Assembly: GCA_964016885.1 (NCBI GenBank)
Contig: OZ024741.1
Location: forward strand, 37,944,001-38,008,000
DNA from: Eledone cirrhosa
Taxonomy: Eukaryota
Reading direction: 5' to 3'
Length of the DNA stretch: 64,000 nucleotides
A model generated the notes under the pieces. That model was not told the origin of the DNA and did not search any database. It saw nothing but the letters and a program-made list of their open reading frames with translations. A program made the translations under genes and the position numbers. Positions 27,234-44,132 of the stretch are shown piece by piece (the stretch's first letter is position 1; every line of letters begins with the position of its first letter).

Positions 27234-27851
27234 CTATGTGTATATATACAACGGCGATGAATTAGTTTTGCGAGGTTTTTGATATGAAATCGTGTGTCGA
27301 AACAAATATTGTTATACTTGTTATACACTGACCTAGGAGAAGTATAAATAAATAAATAGATAAATAAATAAATAAATACATACACAAGCACAATAACAAC
27401 AAACACATATAAACACACACTAGTAAAGATAGAATAGATTAACCAATACACAGTCACCCAATCACGAACACACATCAAACAAAACACTATACACACACGC
27501 AAACGCATGCGCAAAGAAGATAAAATAAAATAAACAAATAAATAAATATATAAACAGACTAAATAAAGATGGCGTAGAAAATACAATGTAACGGGAGGAA
27601 ACAATAGCACCACTGACGATCTTGCAGATGTGCAACGAAAGAACTTTGACAATCTATATATATGTGTTTGTGTCTATATTGTATCTGTATTATTTTTGAA
27701 AGCTGGTCAGTCAATGGCAACATTGAGGACCGAATAAATTAGATTAACGATATAAAAGACACAGAAGCGAAAAGCGAAAACCAACCAAACAGTGAGTGTG
27801 TTCTGTTATTAATTCTGGCAATATTACACAAATATGACCCTCCCCAAGTAT

Positions 27852-27984
<133 letters not shown>

Positions 27985-29437
27985 AATTACATGAATCAAA
28001 GTTCTGTCTAAATCATTTATTTGTTTACAATTGTTTCTTCCAAACCGAGGTTTGGAGTCTTCGGAGCAATTATTCAGAGATTTTTTACATACTTAACCTC
28101 CTTTTCAACACGAGAGACATATAGAAACATATGTATATATTGACCCACAGTGGGTTGACATCCATTATAATAATATAGCCTGTCAATTTACATACAAAGA
28201 TTCCAGTCATATTAAAGGTCAAAATTTAAGTTAAAATTAAAATGAAAATTAAAATTAAAATAAAACTGGACTACCCTAGTGATATTTAATTTTGCCATGC
28301 AATCAGACATGCAATGACCCAGAGCTTACCAGGAGTCATATATAGAAGTGATTCTAATAAGACCCTGCCAGGTTCTGCGGGTGGACTACACTTACAAAGA
28401 TCATTGATTTGGAGATCTGACTCTTCATGTAGAATATTCGGTTGTGGCACTCTATGATAGAAGGTAATCATCCTAATATGAACACCTTTAGTACTTCTTG
28501 ATAGACTACACTGTAATTTATAGATAAGATACTTAAATTTAGAAATTGTTTTTAACCTTATATGATAGGGACTCATTTGAGACACCATTAATGTACTTTA
28601 GGATAATAAATTTAGCTATAGAAATCAGCTAGTTACATCCCCTTACGCATTAACTCCCCCTATTCACACACACACTTCCGGAATATAATACGATGTCAAC
28701 TCTCACAACAAAAACAACCTGCTCTATAGAATCGAATTAGAGAACGACAAGCTGTGATGTTCTAACATGGTTCACCAGGCACCCAGTGTTGAATCATCAT
28801 GGATTGTGTGATGGACATGTAGTCTATAAATTGCATTTCCTGGATTGTGAGAGTGGTGGTGTGTGCGAAGACAGTGGTACTGTTTTGCTTCTCATTTGTA
28901 ATATTTTTGATATTTTTGGTGTTTCTCTACACACGGGCTTCTATATCGTACAGGTGTGTGTGAAAAATGCTTTACCAGTACAGCCCCCATGATGCTCTTG
29001 ATTGCCTGCTTTGACTGCTTGTTTTACATCTAACAATCTGCCGCACTATAATCTTGTATAAATAGGACACTCGTGCATGCCTCACGTGTGACTGTTGCAT
29101 ACACTGGCTACTCCAAACTTTCCTCTTGCCTTATCTTCGTAAACTGCCAATGTTTTATTTTAATTTTAATTTTAATTTTAATTTTAACTTTAATTTTGTC
29201 CTTTAATATGACTGGAATCTTTGTATGTAAATTGCCATGCTATATTATTATAATGGATGTCAACCCACTGTGGGTCAATATATACATATGTTTCTATATG
29301 TCTCTCGTGTTGAAAAGGAGGTCAAGTATGTAAAAAATCACTGAATAATTGCTCCGAAGACTCCAAACCTCGGTTTGGAAGAAACAATTGTAAGCAAATA
29401 AATGATTTAAACAGAACTTTGATTCATGTAATTTCTA
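27985..29437. mobile_element. Fold-back PLE remnant: ~280-bp inverted arms (27985-28265 / 29153-29437) with CCGAAGA-type HHR; degenerate centre
   Basis: Arms are reverse complements. The centre has weak GIY-YIG-like traces (YLIYKLQC; HVVYKLH..C). Confidence 0.7.
29349..29397 (+). ncRNA. Hammerhead-like motif with U4C core (CCGAAGA); twin at ~28021-28069 (-)
   Basis: TTGCT-CCGAAGA-cTCCAAACC.tc.GGTTTGGAa-GAA-ACAATTGT-A-AGCAA. Confidence 0.7.
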
Positions 29438-29597
29438 TATAACTGCTCTGTAAAACAACTTATGTTGTTACATTGAGCTATTTATCTTACTGGTAATAAG
29501 ATAGTAATAAATTACTGTCTTTCACTATTTAGGGTTTAAATATATACATAACTATAAAAGATTTTAGTATATACATAACCATAAATAGTATCCTTAA

Positions 29598-29758
<161 letters not shown>

Positions 29759-29765
29759 CATATAA

Positions 29766-29813
<48 letters not shown>

Positions 29814-30247
29814 GAATGTGTCTGTTGACACCTGAAATATAGCTTAAGAGAAATGACAATAATGATAGGCACCCGATATTTGAACTGGTTTATAGAATTC
29901 TCTTGGCCTTTGTCACTCTAAGTAGAGCTTTAAAGAATTACCTTTTAAAGAATTTCCCTTTTCTTTAAATCCATCAACCATGACCGATCCCCAACCATCT
30001 TATAGACACCTCAAAATATGCATTGTTAGCTTAAGAGAAACTTAAAAATAAGGAGTGGCACCCCATTCTGAACTTGTTTATAGAATTCTTTCTGCCTTTG
30101 TCACTCTAAATATAAATTATAGCCTTAAGGAATTAGCTTTTAATGAATTCCCTTTTCTTTCAACCAATGACCTCCACGCATCCCACTCCCCACCCTCTCC
30201 TACCACCAGAAAAGATATAAATACCACAACATTTATTTTGGAAAGCC

Positions 30248-30298
30248 AGATTCCTGATGATTTCTAAAGTATGAAACAGTTCTAGTCCTGTAGAATCT
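30248..30298 (+). ncRNA. Type I hammerhead (family of 10997); further copies at 30409-30457 (+), 33361-33406 (+, 5' broken), 6280-6325 (-), 24078-24126 (-)
   Basis: AGATTC-CTGATGA-tttctaaagtat-GAA-ACAG.ttctagtc.CTGT-A-GAATCT. Confidence 0.75.
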
Positions 30299-30538
30299 CA
30301 TCTATATTAAAACTATATATATATATATACATACATACATTCATTCATATATATATATACATACATTCATTCATATATACATACATATATTCGGGAGATA
30401 TCATCAGGGCTTCCTGATGATATCTCCCGAATGAAACAGTTCTAGTCTTTTAGAATCTATTTCTATATTAAATATTTATACCCTGCTATGTATTGAGTAC
30501 CTTACTTTCTGTGGTAACCCCCGATTGAACCAAGGATA

Positions 30539-30582
<44 letters not shown>

Positions 30583-30742
30583 CACATTATATATAATATA
30601 TGTATATATATATGTATATGTATATATACGTATGTATGTATGTATAAATATATATATATATTATATATAATGTATATATATATATTTATATATATATATT
30701 ATATATAATGTGTATATATATATATATATTATATATAATGTG

Positions 30743-30790
<48 letters not shown>

Positions 30791-30916
30791 CACATTATAT
30801 ATATATATACACATATATATATACTGTATTTTCACTGCTAGAGTAAACCTCTTCAAATGAAGTTGATGTTTATTACGGTATGTCGAATATATTTATCTAT
30901 AAAACTGTTTATATTG

Positions 30917-30982
30917 TATTTTGTCTGATGAAGGCATAGCATATTGTTAATATGATATCCCCGAAATATATATAATGAAATA
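30917..30982 (+). ncRNA. Type I hammerhead (CUGAUGA)
   Basis: TATTTTGT-CTGATGA-(aggcatagcatatt.gtt.aatatgatatcccc)-GAA-ATATATAT-A-ATGAAATA. Confidence 0.75.
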
Positions 30983-31020
30983 GATATGGTTTTATAAATA
31001 TAGTTTTCCATTTATTTAAT

Positions 31021-31094
<74 letters not shown>

Positions 31095-31097
31095 TAT

Positions 31098-31431
<334 letters not shown>

Positions 31432-31866
31432 AGATATATAGCATAATCTAAAACTAAAAAAGTTTTTAGTAAACATTAGTAAAGTCTCCAATTGAAGAAG
31501 ACAATAGATGATAACAACAAACAACATCTACAACATCAACAACATGAGCAAGCAGAAGGGGATGAGGAGGGGGGGAAGAGAGAGAAGAGGATGTATTTCC
31601 TGAAGATGACAATGTATAAGGTCAGGAATGTATAGTCTATATGTTAGCTAAGGCAGACAACATTGATTGAACTTCGTGCTTGTTGCATATAATCCACTCT
31701 GACTAGAGATTGGTTTGGGATTCAAGCTGGTCAGTCGTATGTTGGATAATACACTCACACACACATACACACACACAAACGTATGCAGTCACACACACAC
31801 ACGCATACACACATACACTCACACGCACGCATACCATAGACATGCAAACACAGCTATATTTATCTA

Positions 31867-31948
<82 letters not shown>

Positions 31949-32006
31949 TTGAATATATATATATATGCATAGGTGTATTTATGTGTCTCACACCCCTATA
32001 TATATA

Positions 32007-32044
<38 letters not shown>

Positions 32045-32101
32045 AATAACCATTTATATATGTATGTCACAGACAAAACGTTCATAGACACAGACACACA
32101 G

Positions 32102-32177
<76 letters not shown>

Positions 32178-32618
32178 GTGTGTGTATATATGTGTATATA
32201 TATATATATGTGTATATATGTGTATATATATGTGTGTATTCCTATATATATATATCAAAGAGAGGGAGCAGTAAGCGAGACACTGTTGGCGTGCTATGGG
32301 GGATAATCTATAATCAAATTAATCCCTTAATCCGGAGGAATCTTTAATACTCTTCCTTTTTTTCTCTTTTGGCGGATAGCAATCTTACTCTGAGCACATC
32401 ACTCAACAAATATATACGCTTAGCCCTAGAGTATTAGATATATAATATGTGGGTGTGTGGATGTGAGCATACACCCATGGGTGTGTATGTATGTGTGTAT
32501 CTGTGTGCGCGCGTCTGTCTTTCAACGAATATATGAATGTATATACGTATGTGTGACTGTGTGCATATATATACATATATAAACATATGTAAAAGTTTAT
32601 TTTATACACACACACAAA

Positions 32619-32662
<44 letters not shown>

Positions 32663-32726
32663 AACATATATATGTATATGTGTGCACACGCACGCAAACA
32701 CGCAGACATACACACACGCACGCACG

Positions 32727-32791
<65 letters not shown>

Positions 32792-33039
32792 TTATAATCA
32801 GGGAAGTCTCCAGTGCGGGTATTATCATTACTTGTCATATCTTAGAGAGATGTTGTAAGGTCATGGGTTAGACAAGCATGCGCTAACATAGACAATATAT
32901 AATGTAAAGTATTTATGTATGAATATACTTGTATTTGTGTGTTGTGATCTTGTATTTGTTTCAGTTTACTAAATTGTGAGAAACTATTTCACGTAAGCAT
33001 AGAGACCAGATGATTTTACGTACAGTACACACAGACACT

Positions 33040-33133
<94 letters not shown>

Positions 33134-33138
<5 letters not shown>

Positions 33139-33251
33139 GGTGCACCCCCCAAATCTAAACACCATTGTAATAAATATTATTACCTGTACTCGTAACCGAA
33201 GTGAGTATACATTTTTTGGGACACTCTATATATTTATATATTTAGGAGACC

Positions 33252-33258
<7 letters not shown>
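33134..33258. mobile_element. Possible decayed Tc1/mariner MITE ends
   Basis: Minus-strand tatagagtgtcccaaaa and tacagggtctcctaaa resemble TA-CAGGGTGTCCC TIR starts. Confidence 0.3.
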
Positions 33259-33305
<47 letters not shown>

Positions 33306-33419
33306 GAAAAGTATAGAAATTATTATGAGCAAGAAGCACACAGTATTTCATATATTTATATATGATGATTTCTCCCGAATGAAACAGTTCTAGTCCTGTA
33401 GAAGCCTTTTCTATATTAA

Positions 33420-33455
<36 letters not shown>

Positions 33456-33495
33456 GCAACACAAAAAAAGATATGTGTATATATATATATATATG

Positions 33496-33627
<132 letters not shown>

Positions 33628-33989
33628 ATATATGTATGTGTATATGTATATAGTGAATATCATTTCACACCTTTTATTGTTAAGATTTTTGATGTTCTAT
33701 TAAGAGAACCGATTTTACTGAAAAAATCGAATAATGTACACCATTTTACCAGGAGAAAAAAAATACTGGTCCACCCACACACTCACACACACACACACAT
33801 ATATATACACACACACATACACACGCGTACATTAACATACAAAGAGACTTATACACACACACACACACACACACACGCACTTCTCCGTATAAGACAAAAG
33901 CTGAAAAATATCTTTTGACATGCTAAAATACCCCCCATTGCTTTCAGACACATTCTTACTGACCATCCCTGCTACCACGAATTACTCTG

Positions 33990-34037
<48 letters not shown>

Positions 34038-34174
34038 ATCTTAATAGCCATTTGACACACATCCCTGCTAACCATTATCACAACATCGAACACCTTACTA
34101 CTACTACTACTACACACACACACACACACATATTTGTTGTGAAAGAGTCATTTCTCAATCTTGGCGCAGAACCA

Positions 34175-34404
34175 ATTTTTTATTCACATGACCTCTACCG
34201 ACTAATCAAAATTGTTTTGACCACAAGAATTTTTGCAAACACCAAGTAGCGCTGGAGCCACTTTTTTAACATAAAAACAGTCTTGCCGCAAAATCAATTT
34301 TTTACATTCACATGACCTCTACCGACCAATCAAAATTGTTTTGACCACAAGAATTTTTGCAACACCAAAGTAACACTGGAGCCACTTTTTTAACATAAAA
34401 ACAG
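34175..34404. repeat. Tandem duplication (~125-bp unit)
   Basis: attcacatgacctctaccgac.aatcaaaattgttttgaccacaagaatttttgc...ctggagccactttttt.aacataaaaacag occurs twice. Confidence 0.85.
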
Positions 34405-34620
34405 GTAGAATTCCCAAAACTAATCAGATCAGAGCAAACAGCACGGACACTCTATCTCAAAATTATTTTTGAAAAGCATTTAGAAATGCGCAACCGGTAA
34501 AAGCTTAAAAACTTAAAACCACAACTGAATACTAACCCATACAATCACTAATACTCTTTTATTCCTAATTAAACCATTTTTCAACTGTGAACAATTTGTC
34601 AGCATTTTCTATTCCTTTTA

Positions 34621-34706
<86 letters not shown>

Positions 34707-34799
34707 ACACTTAGAGAAAATTACCCCCTCCCCAAGCCCGACAGTTTTTAGCCAGCACTGCAACACCCGTTGTGTGAAGGATGCCAACATGTAGTGTAC

Positions 34800-35671
34800 A
34801 GCTTTCAAGCCCTTCCACCTTCCAAATTGCGGCCGATGTTACTGATCCCTTGCTAAAAGAATCCCCATTAACGTTGCTGAACCATTCTTTCCTCCATTAC
34901 TCATCCCTATTATTTCTGAGACCTGCACCTCCACAGACAAAGCCTCCAACTTCGATAACTACTTCACATTTAACTCCACACTGCACCCACTTGGTAACTA
35001 CTCCCCCCTAAATCTACCACCATCTACTCTGTTGGGCTTACTACATTGCATACTCACACGTCAAGTGCGAAAAACACCTCCGGTTGCTTCAAACAAAGAT
35101 GGCCACCGACTCTGATAATGTCCCTTCCATTACTTTGAAATAATTCGACCAGAAATATTCTCTATTCCCACTTCAATTTGTCTCTATAGAGATATACCCC
35201 ACCTTTGGAAGCACGCTTTAGTGTGTCACATTCCCAAGGAATAGTGCCAACTATCACCTTGTTTTACTTACTTCCATTACCTCAACACCTTGGATCTCTC
35301 CTTCTCTCTCTTCTTACTAACTAACAGTACGGCTTTAGTAAAACTAGATCTAGTAGAATTCTACTCACCTCTGAGAAATGTGATGGAAGCAAAGATGTTG
35401 CCCTCGCCATCAATAAACGTTCGACTGTGTTTGGTATGTGAATCTCTTATCAGAACTATCTGTCTCTAGTCTTCATCTTTGTCTCTTCCTTGCCTCATCT
35501 CCTGGATCGGTAACTTTCTGACAGAATGCAACATCGTGATCTGCGTTGATGGAACTCTCTCTGGCCTTATCAACTTCGGCTCTCTCAAACTCTATCAACA
35601 CCGACACACTCTCTCTCGCTCTCTCGCTCTCTCGCTCTCTCACTCTCTCACTCTCTCACACTCTATCAACC

Positions 35672-35723
<52 letters not shown>

Positions 35724-36740
35724 TACACACTCTCATACACTAACACACACACACTCAATTCCGGCATCCTCCAAGGTTCGGTTATGCCCCCTACTTTCGT
35801 CCTTAGTGACTTGCTATCCCAAACAACACTACCCACTCTTTCACAGATAATCCCACCCGTCATTCTATCCTAACCTTCCTAACCTAAACGTCCACCTCAT
35901 GTAACCTAGAACACCACGCCAAATCTGGACTGACTCCATGAAAAGAAACCTTGAATACATGCTTCAACCGGAATTATGCTAATCTTGTCTTGTTCAACAG
36001 CAATAAAATACAAGCCACTCTTATCAATAAAACGTCATTGCACCCCAGTCTCCCTTAAACATAAACAGCCGGCAATTAGGACACTTGTTTTTGCTCCAAA
36101 TAATAGATTTGACTATCATTGAGGCTTTCTCATGGTGAATGCATATCCTAAACAACTAGAACTGTCTATAAAAGAACGGTGCTTCGCTTGGGTATCTGCT
36201 GTATCGATAGGAGACGGTTGCTTCTGACAGGATCTGCTGGAATGAATGGTTGAGTACTCCGCTCCAAAGACCCTCTCATGAATAAGTGGGTGATGAAGAA
36301 GGCCCTTCTCATTAGAACCAGAAAATACTTCAGCCTCCCACCCAAAATTACTGACTCTCTATAACGTTTAAGTAAAACTCACAATGGAGGGCTGCTCTCG
36401 TATCTGAGACGCTGCTGATGTCATACATATGCAAAAATCGTAGACCCCATCCAGAAAATGGTTACATATCTGATTGACGTCGCAGACATTCTCCAGACTC
36501 TGGCCTACAGACTGTCTCACTGCTTTTTCTACCATTACTACAATGGTCACTTCTGTATGGATCTAGTTGACTTCCTGTCACCTTCATTCATGCACTCTAA
36601 ACGTTTCCTCCTACCACTACCCAACCACCGTAATGCCTGTACTAATTTATTCCTTCTTTCTTTCTCTGTACAATGAATCTCCTGCAGGAACTGATCTGTA
36701 ATAATTCCAACTAAAAGATCATCAGCATCAATCTCATCTG
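34800..36740 (+). mobile_element. Heavily degraded CR1/L2/Jockey-group LINE RT region, interrupted by (CT)n
   Basis: LISWIGNFLTECNIVICVDG (35479), NSGILQGSVMP (35757), LAYR..FFYHYYNGH (36490). Confidence 0.65.
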
Positions 36741-37159
36741 TCACAGAGAGTCTGCAATGGTTATAGGTGTAGATTTAACATATAAAAATTAAGCGTGTCT
36801 GTGTTTTTATGGGGGGAGAGTATGTATGTTAGAAATAAGGATGTCAGATAGTCGGTGACATAACTGTATATTTCATTGCTTCGTGTATATTTCTTCAAGA
36901 ATGTCACATTGCTTTTACATAGTTACTTTGTCTTGGAGCAATTCGTGTACAAGTATCCTCATTAGAACGCACCAGTAGCTCTCGTACACTTTCTGATTAT
37001 CAATCGCCCCACCTACGTATTTGCCAATTTTACTTTGTCCATTCCTTCTCTCCTTTATTGTCAATTCTTCTTTCTCACCCATGTTCCATCTTTATCCATA
37101 TATATAGTTATACGAAAAGAAACATTTTCGAATGTATATCACAATATAATGCAGTGTAA

Positions 37160-37385
37160 TGGCTTCTAATTTAGACACAATACCAGCAATTTGAGTGGGG
37201 AGGAATGAATACCCTTCTCCAGTACTTGGACTGCTGCTTAGTTTTATCCATCCGAGTGTGGGGATGGTGTTGGGGGGTGAGGGTGAAAGGCAAAGTTGAC
37301 CTGGGTTAGATTCAACTTAAAACGTAAAAACAACTGCAAATAATACCACTAAGGTATTACGTCCCACTTTCTAACGATTTTACTA
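37160..37385 (-). mobile_element. Degenerate SINE copy
   Basis: tgaaaggcaaagttgacc and ttctaatttagacacaataccagcaattt remnants. Confidence 0.6.
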
Positions 37386-37533
37386 ATCACACACACACAC
37401 ACATACACATATATATATATATATATGCACACACGCACACATACCCACACATACACACACATATATATATATATGCACACACGCACACACACACACACAC
37501 AAATATATATATACATATATATATATATAATTT

Positions 37534-37606
<73 letters not shown>

Positions 37607-37791
37607 CATACATATATATACAAAATATAGGTAAAAATTAAATATTATCCAATTACAAGTATGTAATGCCTCTTCTATCTTTGCTTTGTTCTCTTATATA
37701 AATGTTAATATCTATGCTTTCTTCCCATATTGTGTATTCTCAAAATATTCTTTGACAAGTTTATTTCTGTTTTAACCTTTGATTTGATTTA

Positions 37792-37838
37792 TACTCCGAT
37801 GATTCCGACCTTGGGCTTGGTTGAAATGATCGTTAGTA
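37792..37838 (+). ncRNA. Hammerhead-like motif with U4C core (CCGAUGA)
   Basis: TACT-CCGATGA-ttCCGA.ccttgggc.TTGGtt-GAA-ATGATCGT-T-AGTA. Confidence 0.55.
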
Positions 37839-37878
37839 ATTAAATGCTCTAAAATACTCTTTGATTGTTGTTTAAAAG

Positions 37879-37926
<48 letters not shown>

Positions 37927-37935
37927 CATTTATAT

Positions 37936-37976
<41 letters not shown>

Positions 37977-38015
37977 ATTAGGGAGGGTTATATTATTATA
38001 CTATTGCCAGAAATA

Positions 38016-38081
<66 letters not shown>

Positions 38082-38250
38082 CTAAGGCGGGTAAAATTCC
38101 CGAGATCCATGGACGAGTTCTCTCCAACGGTCTCTGTCCCTCATTATCGCTGCCATATCCTGCATCTCCAACAGACCAGAGTCTGTCCTTAGGGTTACAT
38201 AACTACCTTATTCGAGTGGCACCGGTAAGGTATTGTCAGCCATTGAAAAG

Positions 38251-38285
<35 letters not shown>

Positions 38286-38464
38286 GGGTTTTGCAGTTTC
38301 CGTTAACTAAATTTCACATACAAAACATTGATTGGTCAACAACAAAACAAACAGTACTTCAAGGTACCCCGAGAGGTGACTGAACCCAGGATCAGGTGGT
38401 TACGTAACAAATCAACCATTCAGGTATACGTCATCCTATACCTATGTATATATACCTATATATA

Positions 38465-38618
<154 letters not shown>

Positions 38619-38644
38619 CACCTATATATATTCCTATATATACC

Positions 38645-38676
<32 letters not shown>

Positions 38677-38791
38677 CATACACCTATATATATATATACC
38701 TATATATATATACGTATATATATATATATACCTATATATACATATATATATATATATACACCTATATATATATATACCTATATATATATAC

Positions 38792-38851
<60 letters not shown>

Positions 38852-38863
38852 ATATATATATAC

Positions 38864-38905
<42 letters not shown>

Positions 38906-38941
38906 ATATATATATATACACCTATATATATATACCTATAT

Positions 38942-39960
38942 ACGTGGGAAAGTAAATAATCGGAGAATAGACCGTTAAAACATGTTTATTTAAAATATCA
39001 CCTACGTACGTTTCGCCCAGTTGGGCTTCTCAAGGGCATAAATAATCACAAGTGCTCCTTATATAGTTCGGAAAGAGTTTTGGGGGTTAAATCTACATCA
39101 AGATTCATTGCTCGCAAAAATATCTTGTTTTGATTTTGCAGCAGGTCAAGGGAGGTAACTCTGGCCGGTGTTAGGGCAGTCTTTCCCGGATAATTTTTTT
39201 TTTTTTTTTTTTTTCCCGCCGCATCGGTTTGTCTGAGGCTAGGTCTGGTGTGCAAGGATTGTTTTCTGGGTGTTATTTTGCTGCGCCTGCCCGCCGGGGT
39301 GTTAAGGCTTGCTGCAGGGAGATCCAGTGTACTATTTCACTCTTCATTCTTAACCCATCTAAAGAAGGATATTTTTAAGCGATGTGTACAACTTATCGCT
39401 GTTTCAGCTCTGCTGTTGATGAGCTCGTGGGGGTGCAGTTATGATATGGTAGAGCTCCATGAGGCAAAGATCGCATTTCCTCTTGAAGTTGTACGGTGCA
39501 GCCCTGCCGACAATCTCCCAGTGCGTGGAGAAGCTGATGTTTAAGTCCGGGAAAGACTGCCCTAACACCGGCCAGAGTTACTTCCCTTGACCTGCTGCAA
39601 AATCAAAACAAGATATTTTTGCGAGCAATGAATCTTGATGTAGATTTAACCCCCAAAACTCTTTCCGAACTATATAAGGAGCACTTGTGATTATTTATGC
39701 CCTTGAGAAGCCCAACTGGGCGAAACGTACGTAGGTGATATTTTAAATAAACATGTTTTAACGGTCTATTCTCCGATTATTTACTTTCCCACGTGCTTAC
39801 GCTCTGCTAACTCTCTAGCCCACTAAATATTAACACTTCAAATATTTAATACTGCCGGCACTAGTATCTAGCACCTTTGGCATACGCTACTTGGCAAATA
39901 ACTATATGTATCACCTATCCCTCCTTTTTCTCTCTTTCTCGATACGTAAATACTATATAC
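38942..39960 (-). mobile_element. Naiad-type PLE remnant: near-perfect ~249-bp inverted pLTR arms (38942-39190 / 39546-39794) around the GIY-YIG C-terminus
   Basis: Minus strand of the spacer reads WEIVGRAAPYNFKRKCDLCLMELYHII / LINSRAETAISCTHR (one frameshift), matching the C-termini of the 45 kb and 49 kb ORFs. Confidence 0.85.
39696..39740 (+). ncRNA. Minimal hammerhead with U3:A8 core (UUGAGAA); twin at 38996-39040 (-)
   Basis: CC-TTGAGAA-GCCC.aact.GGGC-GAA-ACGTACGT-A-GG. Confidence 0.75.
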
Positions 39961-39997
39961 CTATATATATATACCTATATATATACCTATATATATA

Positions 39998-40040
<43 letters not shown>

Positions 40041-40041
<1 letters not shown>

Positions 40042-40248
40042 ACGAAGGAAATGTGGTAAGGAACGAACCAGGTGGACCATAACGCACCAAAGTACTCAAT
40101 ACTTAGGATAGTAGAATGGGTAATAGGAACGAGTAGGACCCCGACGGCTGAGCTCAAGCCGTTTCGACGGCTAATTCTGGACTAAAAACTTTAGTCCACA
40201 ATTAGCCGTCGAAACGGCTTGAGCTCAGCCGTCGGGGTTCTACTCGTT

Positions 40249-40251
<3 letters not shown>
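40041..40251. mobile_element. ~200-bp asymmetric hairpin element, copy 3
   Basis: Same ends as copies 1 and 2; copy-specific substitutions are mirrored in both arms. Confidence 0.85.
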
Positions 40252-41974
<1,723 letters not shown>

Positions 41975-41981
41975 GCCTATA

Positions 41982-42102
41982 GTGAAGGCCTGTGGCTGAT
42001 TGGTTAGAGAACCGGATTCGCAATCGTGAGGTTGTGAGTTCGATTCCCGGACCGGGAGATGCGTTATGTCCTTGAACAATACACTTTATTTCATGTTGCT
42101 CC
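41982..42102 (+). mobile_element. Second tRNA-derived SINE family (tRNA head + partial body)
   Basis: A box tggctgattggt and B box gagttcgattcc, followed by tgtccttgaacaatacacttta. No matching acceptor stem, so not a true tRNA. Confidence 0.75.
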
Positions 42103-42224
42103 TTCTACCTGGAGTTGCGACCGATAGGTAGTATTAGCAATTGGAAAGACCAACGGACACATTGTTTCCTCGGTCCGATTTGACGAAAGCCGATCGACAA
42201 AAAAACAAAATGTATATACACCTA

Positions 42225-43078
42225 TATATAATAGGATATATGAGAGGGATGAACAGAGATATAACTATACATATGTTCCAATTGTAAATGACCAAGTTAG
42301 CTAGGTTGAAAAATAATTTAAAACAATATGGTTTGCCTGGCTCGATTTAACATAATAAATCAATAAAAATAACAAAACTATATCGAGCAAATAGCCTATG
42401 ATACCTGGTCAGACATGAATCTGTTTCGCAAGATTTATTAAGTGAAAGCTAGAATTTCTGTGCTCTTCTGCGAGTATCCAGGAAACTTCGTACCTTTCAC
42501 TTCAAAGGATTCAAGAAGACTGAACGATGCGCGGGTATATACGCACATGTTTTAGCGCCTAACACGTCCCATACTCATGGTGCTAAAAATAGCAGCTGGG
42601 TTTATGAGACTAAAGTTAGCTCTACATACGGAGCCGAGAATATCATAGATAGAGTTAGAAACTCAAAATAGTCTTTTACAATTAAATAGCTCAAAGAAGG
42701 GAATATTTCCGAGCCGTGTAATATAATTGGATATATGAGGGGATGAACACAAATATAACTATTCATGTGTTCCAATTGCAAATAACCAAGTTAGTTAGGT
42801 TGAAAAATACTAATTTATAATAATATTGTTTGCCCGATATAGGTTTGTTATTTTTATTGATTTATTATGTTAAATCGAGCCAGGCAAATCATATTGTTTT
42901 AAATTAGTATTTTTAAACCTAGCTAACTTAGTCATTTGCAATTGGAACACATGTATACTTGTATTGGTGTTCATCCCCCTCATATATCCAATTATATTAC
43001 ACGGCTCGGAAAGATTCCTTTCTTTGAGCTATTTAATTGTAAAATACTATTTTGAGTTTCTAACTCAATCTATGATAT
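42225..43078. repeat. Direct + inverted repeat cluster (42230-42390; 42645-42835; inverted 42845-43077); related to 51243-51856
   Basis: Shared blocks accaagttagctaggttgaaaaata and tagctcaaagaa..gagccgtgtaat. Confidence 0.7.
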
Positions 43079-43248
43079 ATATATATATACACCTATAATT
43101 CAGAATAATAATAAATGAAGACTTTCACATAATCAAAATATATGTTTTATTATATATATTTCGAAGGTACTGTGCTGTTTTTTCAGTACGTCCTCGTCAG
43201 ATATTTTACTGGAATTGATAGTTCAATTCCAGTATTGGCAGTATATAT

Positions 43249-43337
<89 letters not shown>

Positions 43338-43457
43338 TATATATAATTACACACACATATATATATATATATGAAAAAGTATTTCCCACTCTACTACCCT
43401 AAGTATTGAGTACTAGGTGCGTTATGGTCCATCTGGTTCCTTACCACAATTCCTTTG

Positions 43458-43535
<78 letters not shown>

Positions 43536-43591
43536 GTATATATTAATTCAAAATATTAATAAATATAGACATTCAACGTAATCAAAATATA

Positions 43592-43653
43592 TTTTATTAT
43601 ATATATTTCGGAGGTACTGTGCTGTTTTTTCAGTACGTCCTCATCAGATAAAA
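43592..43653 (-). ncRNA. Type I hammerhead (CUGAUGA); direct-repeat partner at 43145-43203 (CUGACGA)
   Basis: TTTTAT-CTGATGA-GGAcGTACTG...CAGTACcTCC-GAA-ATATATAT-A-ATAAAA. Confidence 0.85.
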
Positions 43654-43826
43654 TATATAAATTGATGTATGACATACCACAACTGTGCTGATGGTTCAAT
43701 TCCAGTCTTGGCAGTCTGACATTACACCCTGTAAATACTAAACTGTTGTTCACAACATCACTATATATGTATCTATATGATTGTTCAGTTGAATAGGAGG
43801 GTAATTATATGTACAAACATTGATAA

Positions 43827-43873
43827 TGCTCCGATGACTCCAAACTAAAGTTTGGAAGAAACAATTGTCAGCG
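43827..43873 (+). ncRNA. Hammerhead-like motif with U4C core (CCGAUGA), GUC triplet; degenerate relative at ~9287-9334 (-)
   Basis: TGCT-CCGATGA-cTCCAAAC.taaa.GTTTGGAa-GAA-ACAATTGT-C-AGCG. Confidence 0.7.
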
Positions 43874-43909
43874 ATTAAATGATTTGAACATAACTTTGAT
43901 ACTTGTGTA

Positions 43910-43958
<49 letters not shown>

Positions 43959-44062
43959 TATTGAAATTTCCGTTGAAAACAGAAAAGGTCATAGAAGTGA
44001 AGAGTGCTCTATGTAAGTATCAGAGCAAAATTTAATGTATAAAAATCAATACAATATAATTA

Positions 44063-44132
44063 CCTCATTACCAGAGGTTTCCCGAATGAGGCGAATACGA
44101 AAGAAACGTCTTCATTTGTTCGTCAGACGAGG
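44063..44132 (-). ncRNA. Type I hammerhead (CUGACGA) downstream of the Naiad ORF
   Basis: CCTCGT-CTGACGA-aCAAATGAAGACG...CGCCTCATTCGg-GAA-ACC.tct.GGT-A-ATGAGG. Confidence 0.75.

Noticed and set aside
41982-42055. tRNA gene
   Set aside because: A/B boxes are present but the acceptor stem does not pair, and the sequence runs into a SINE body.
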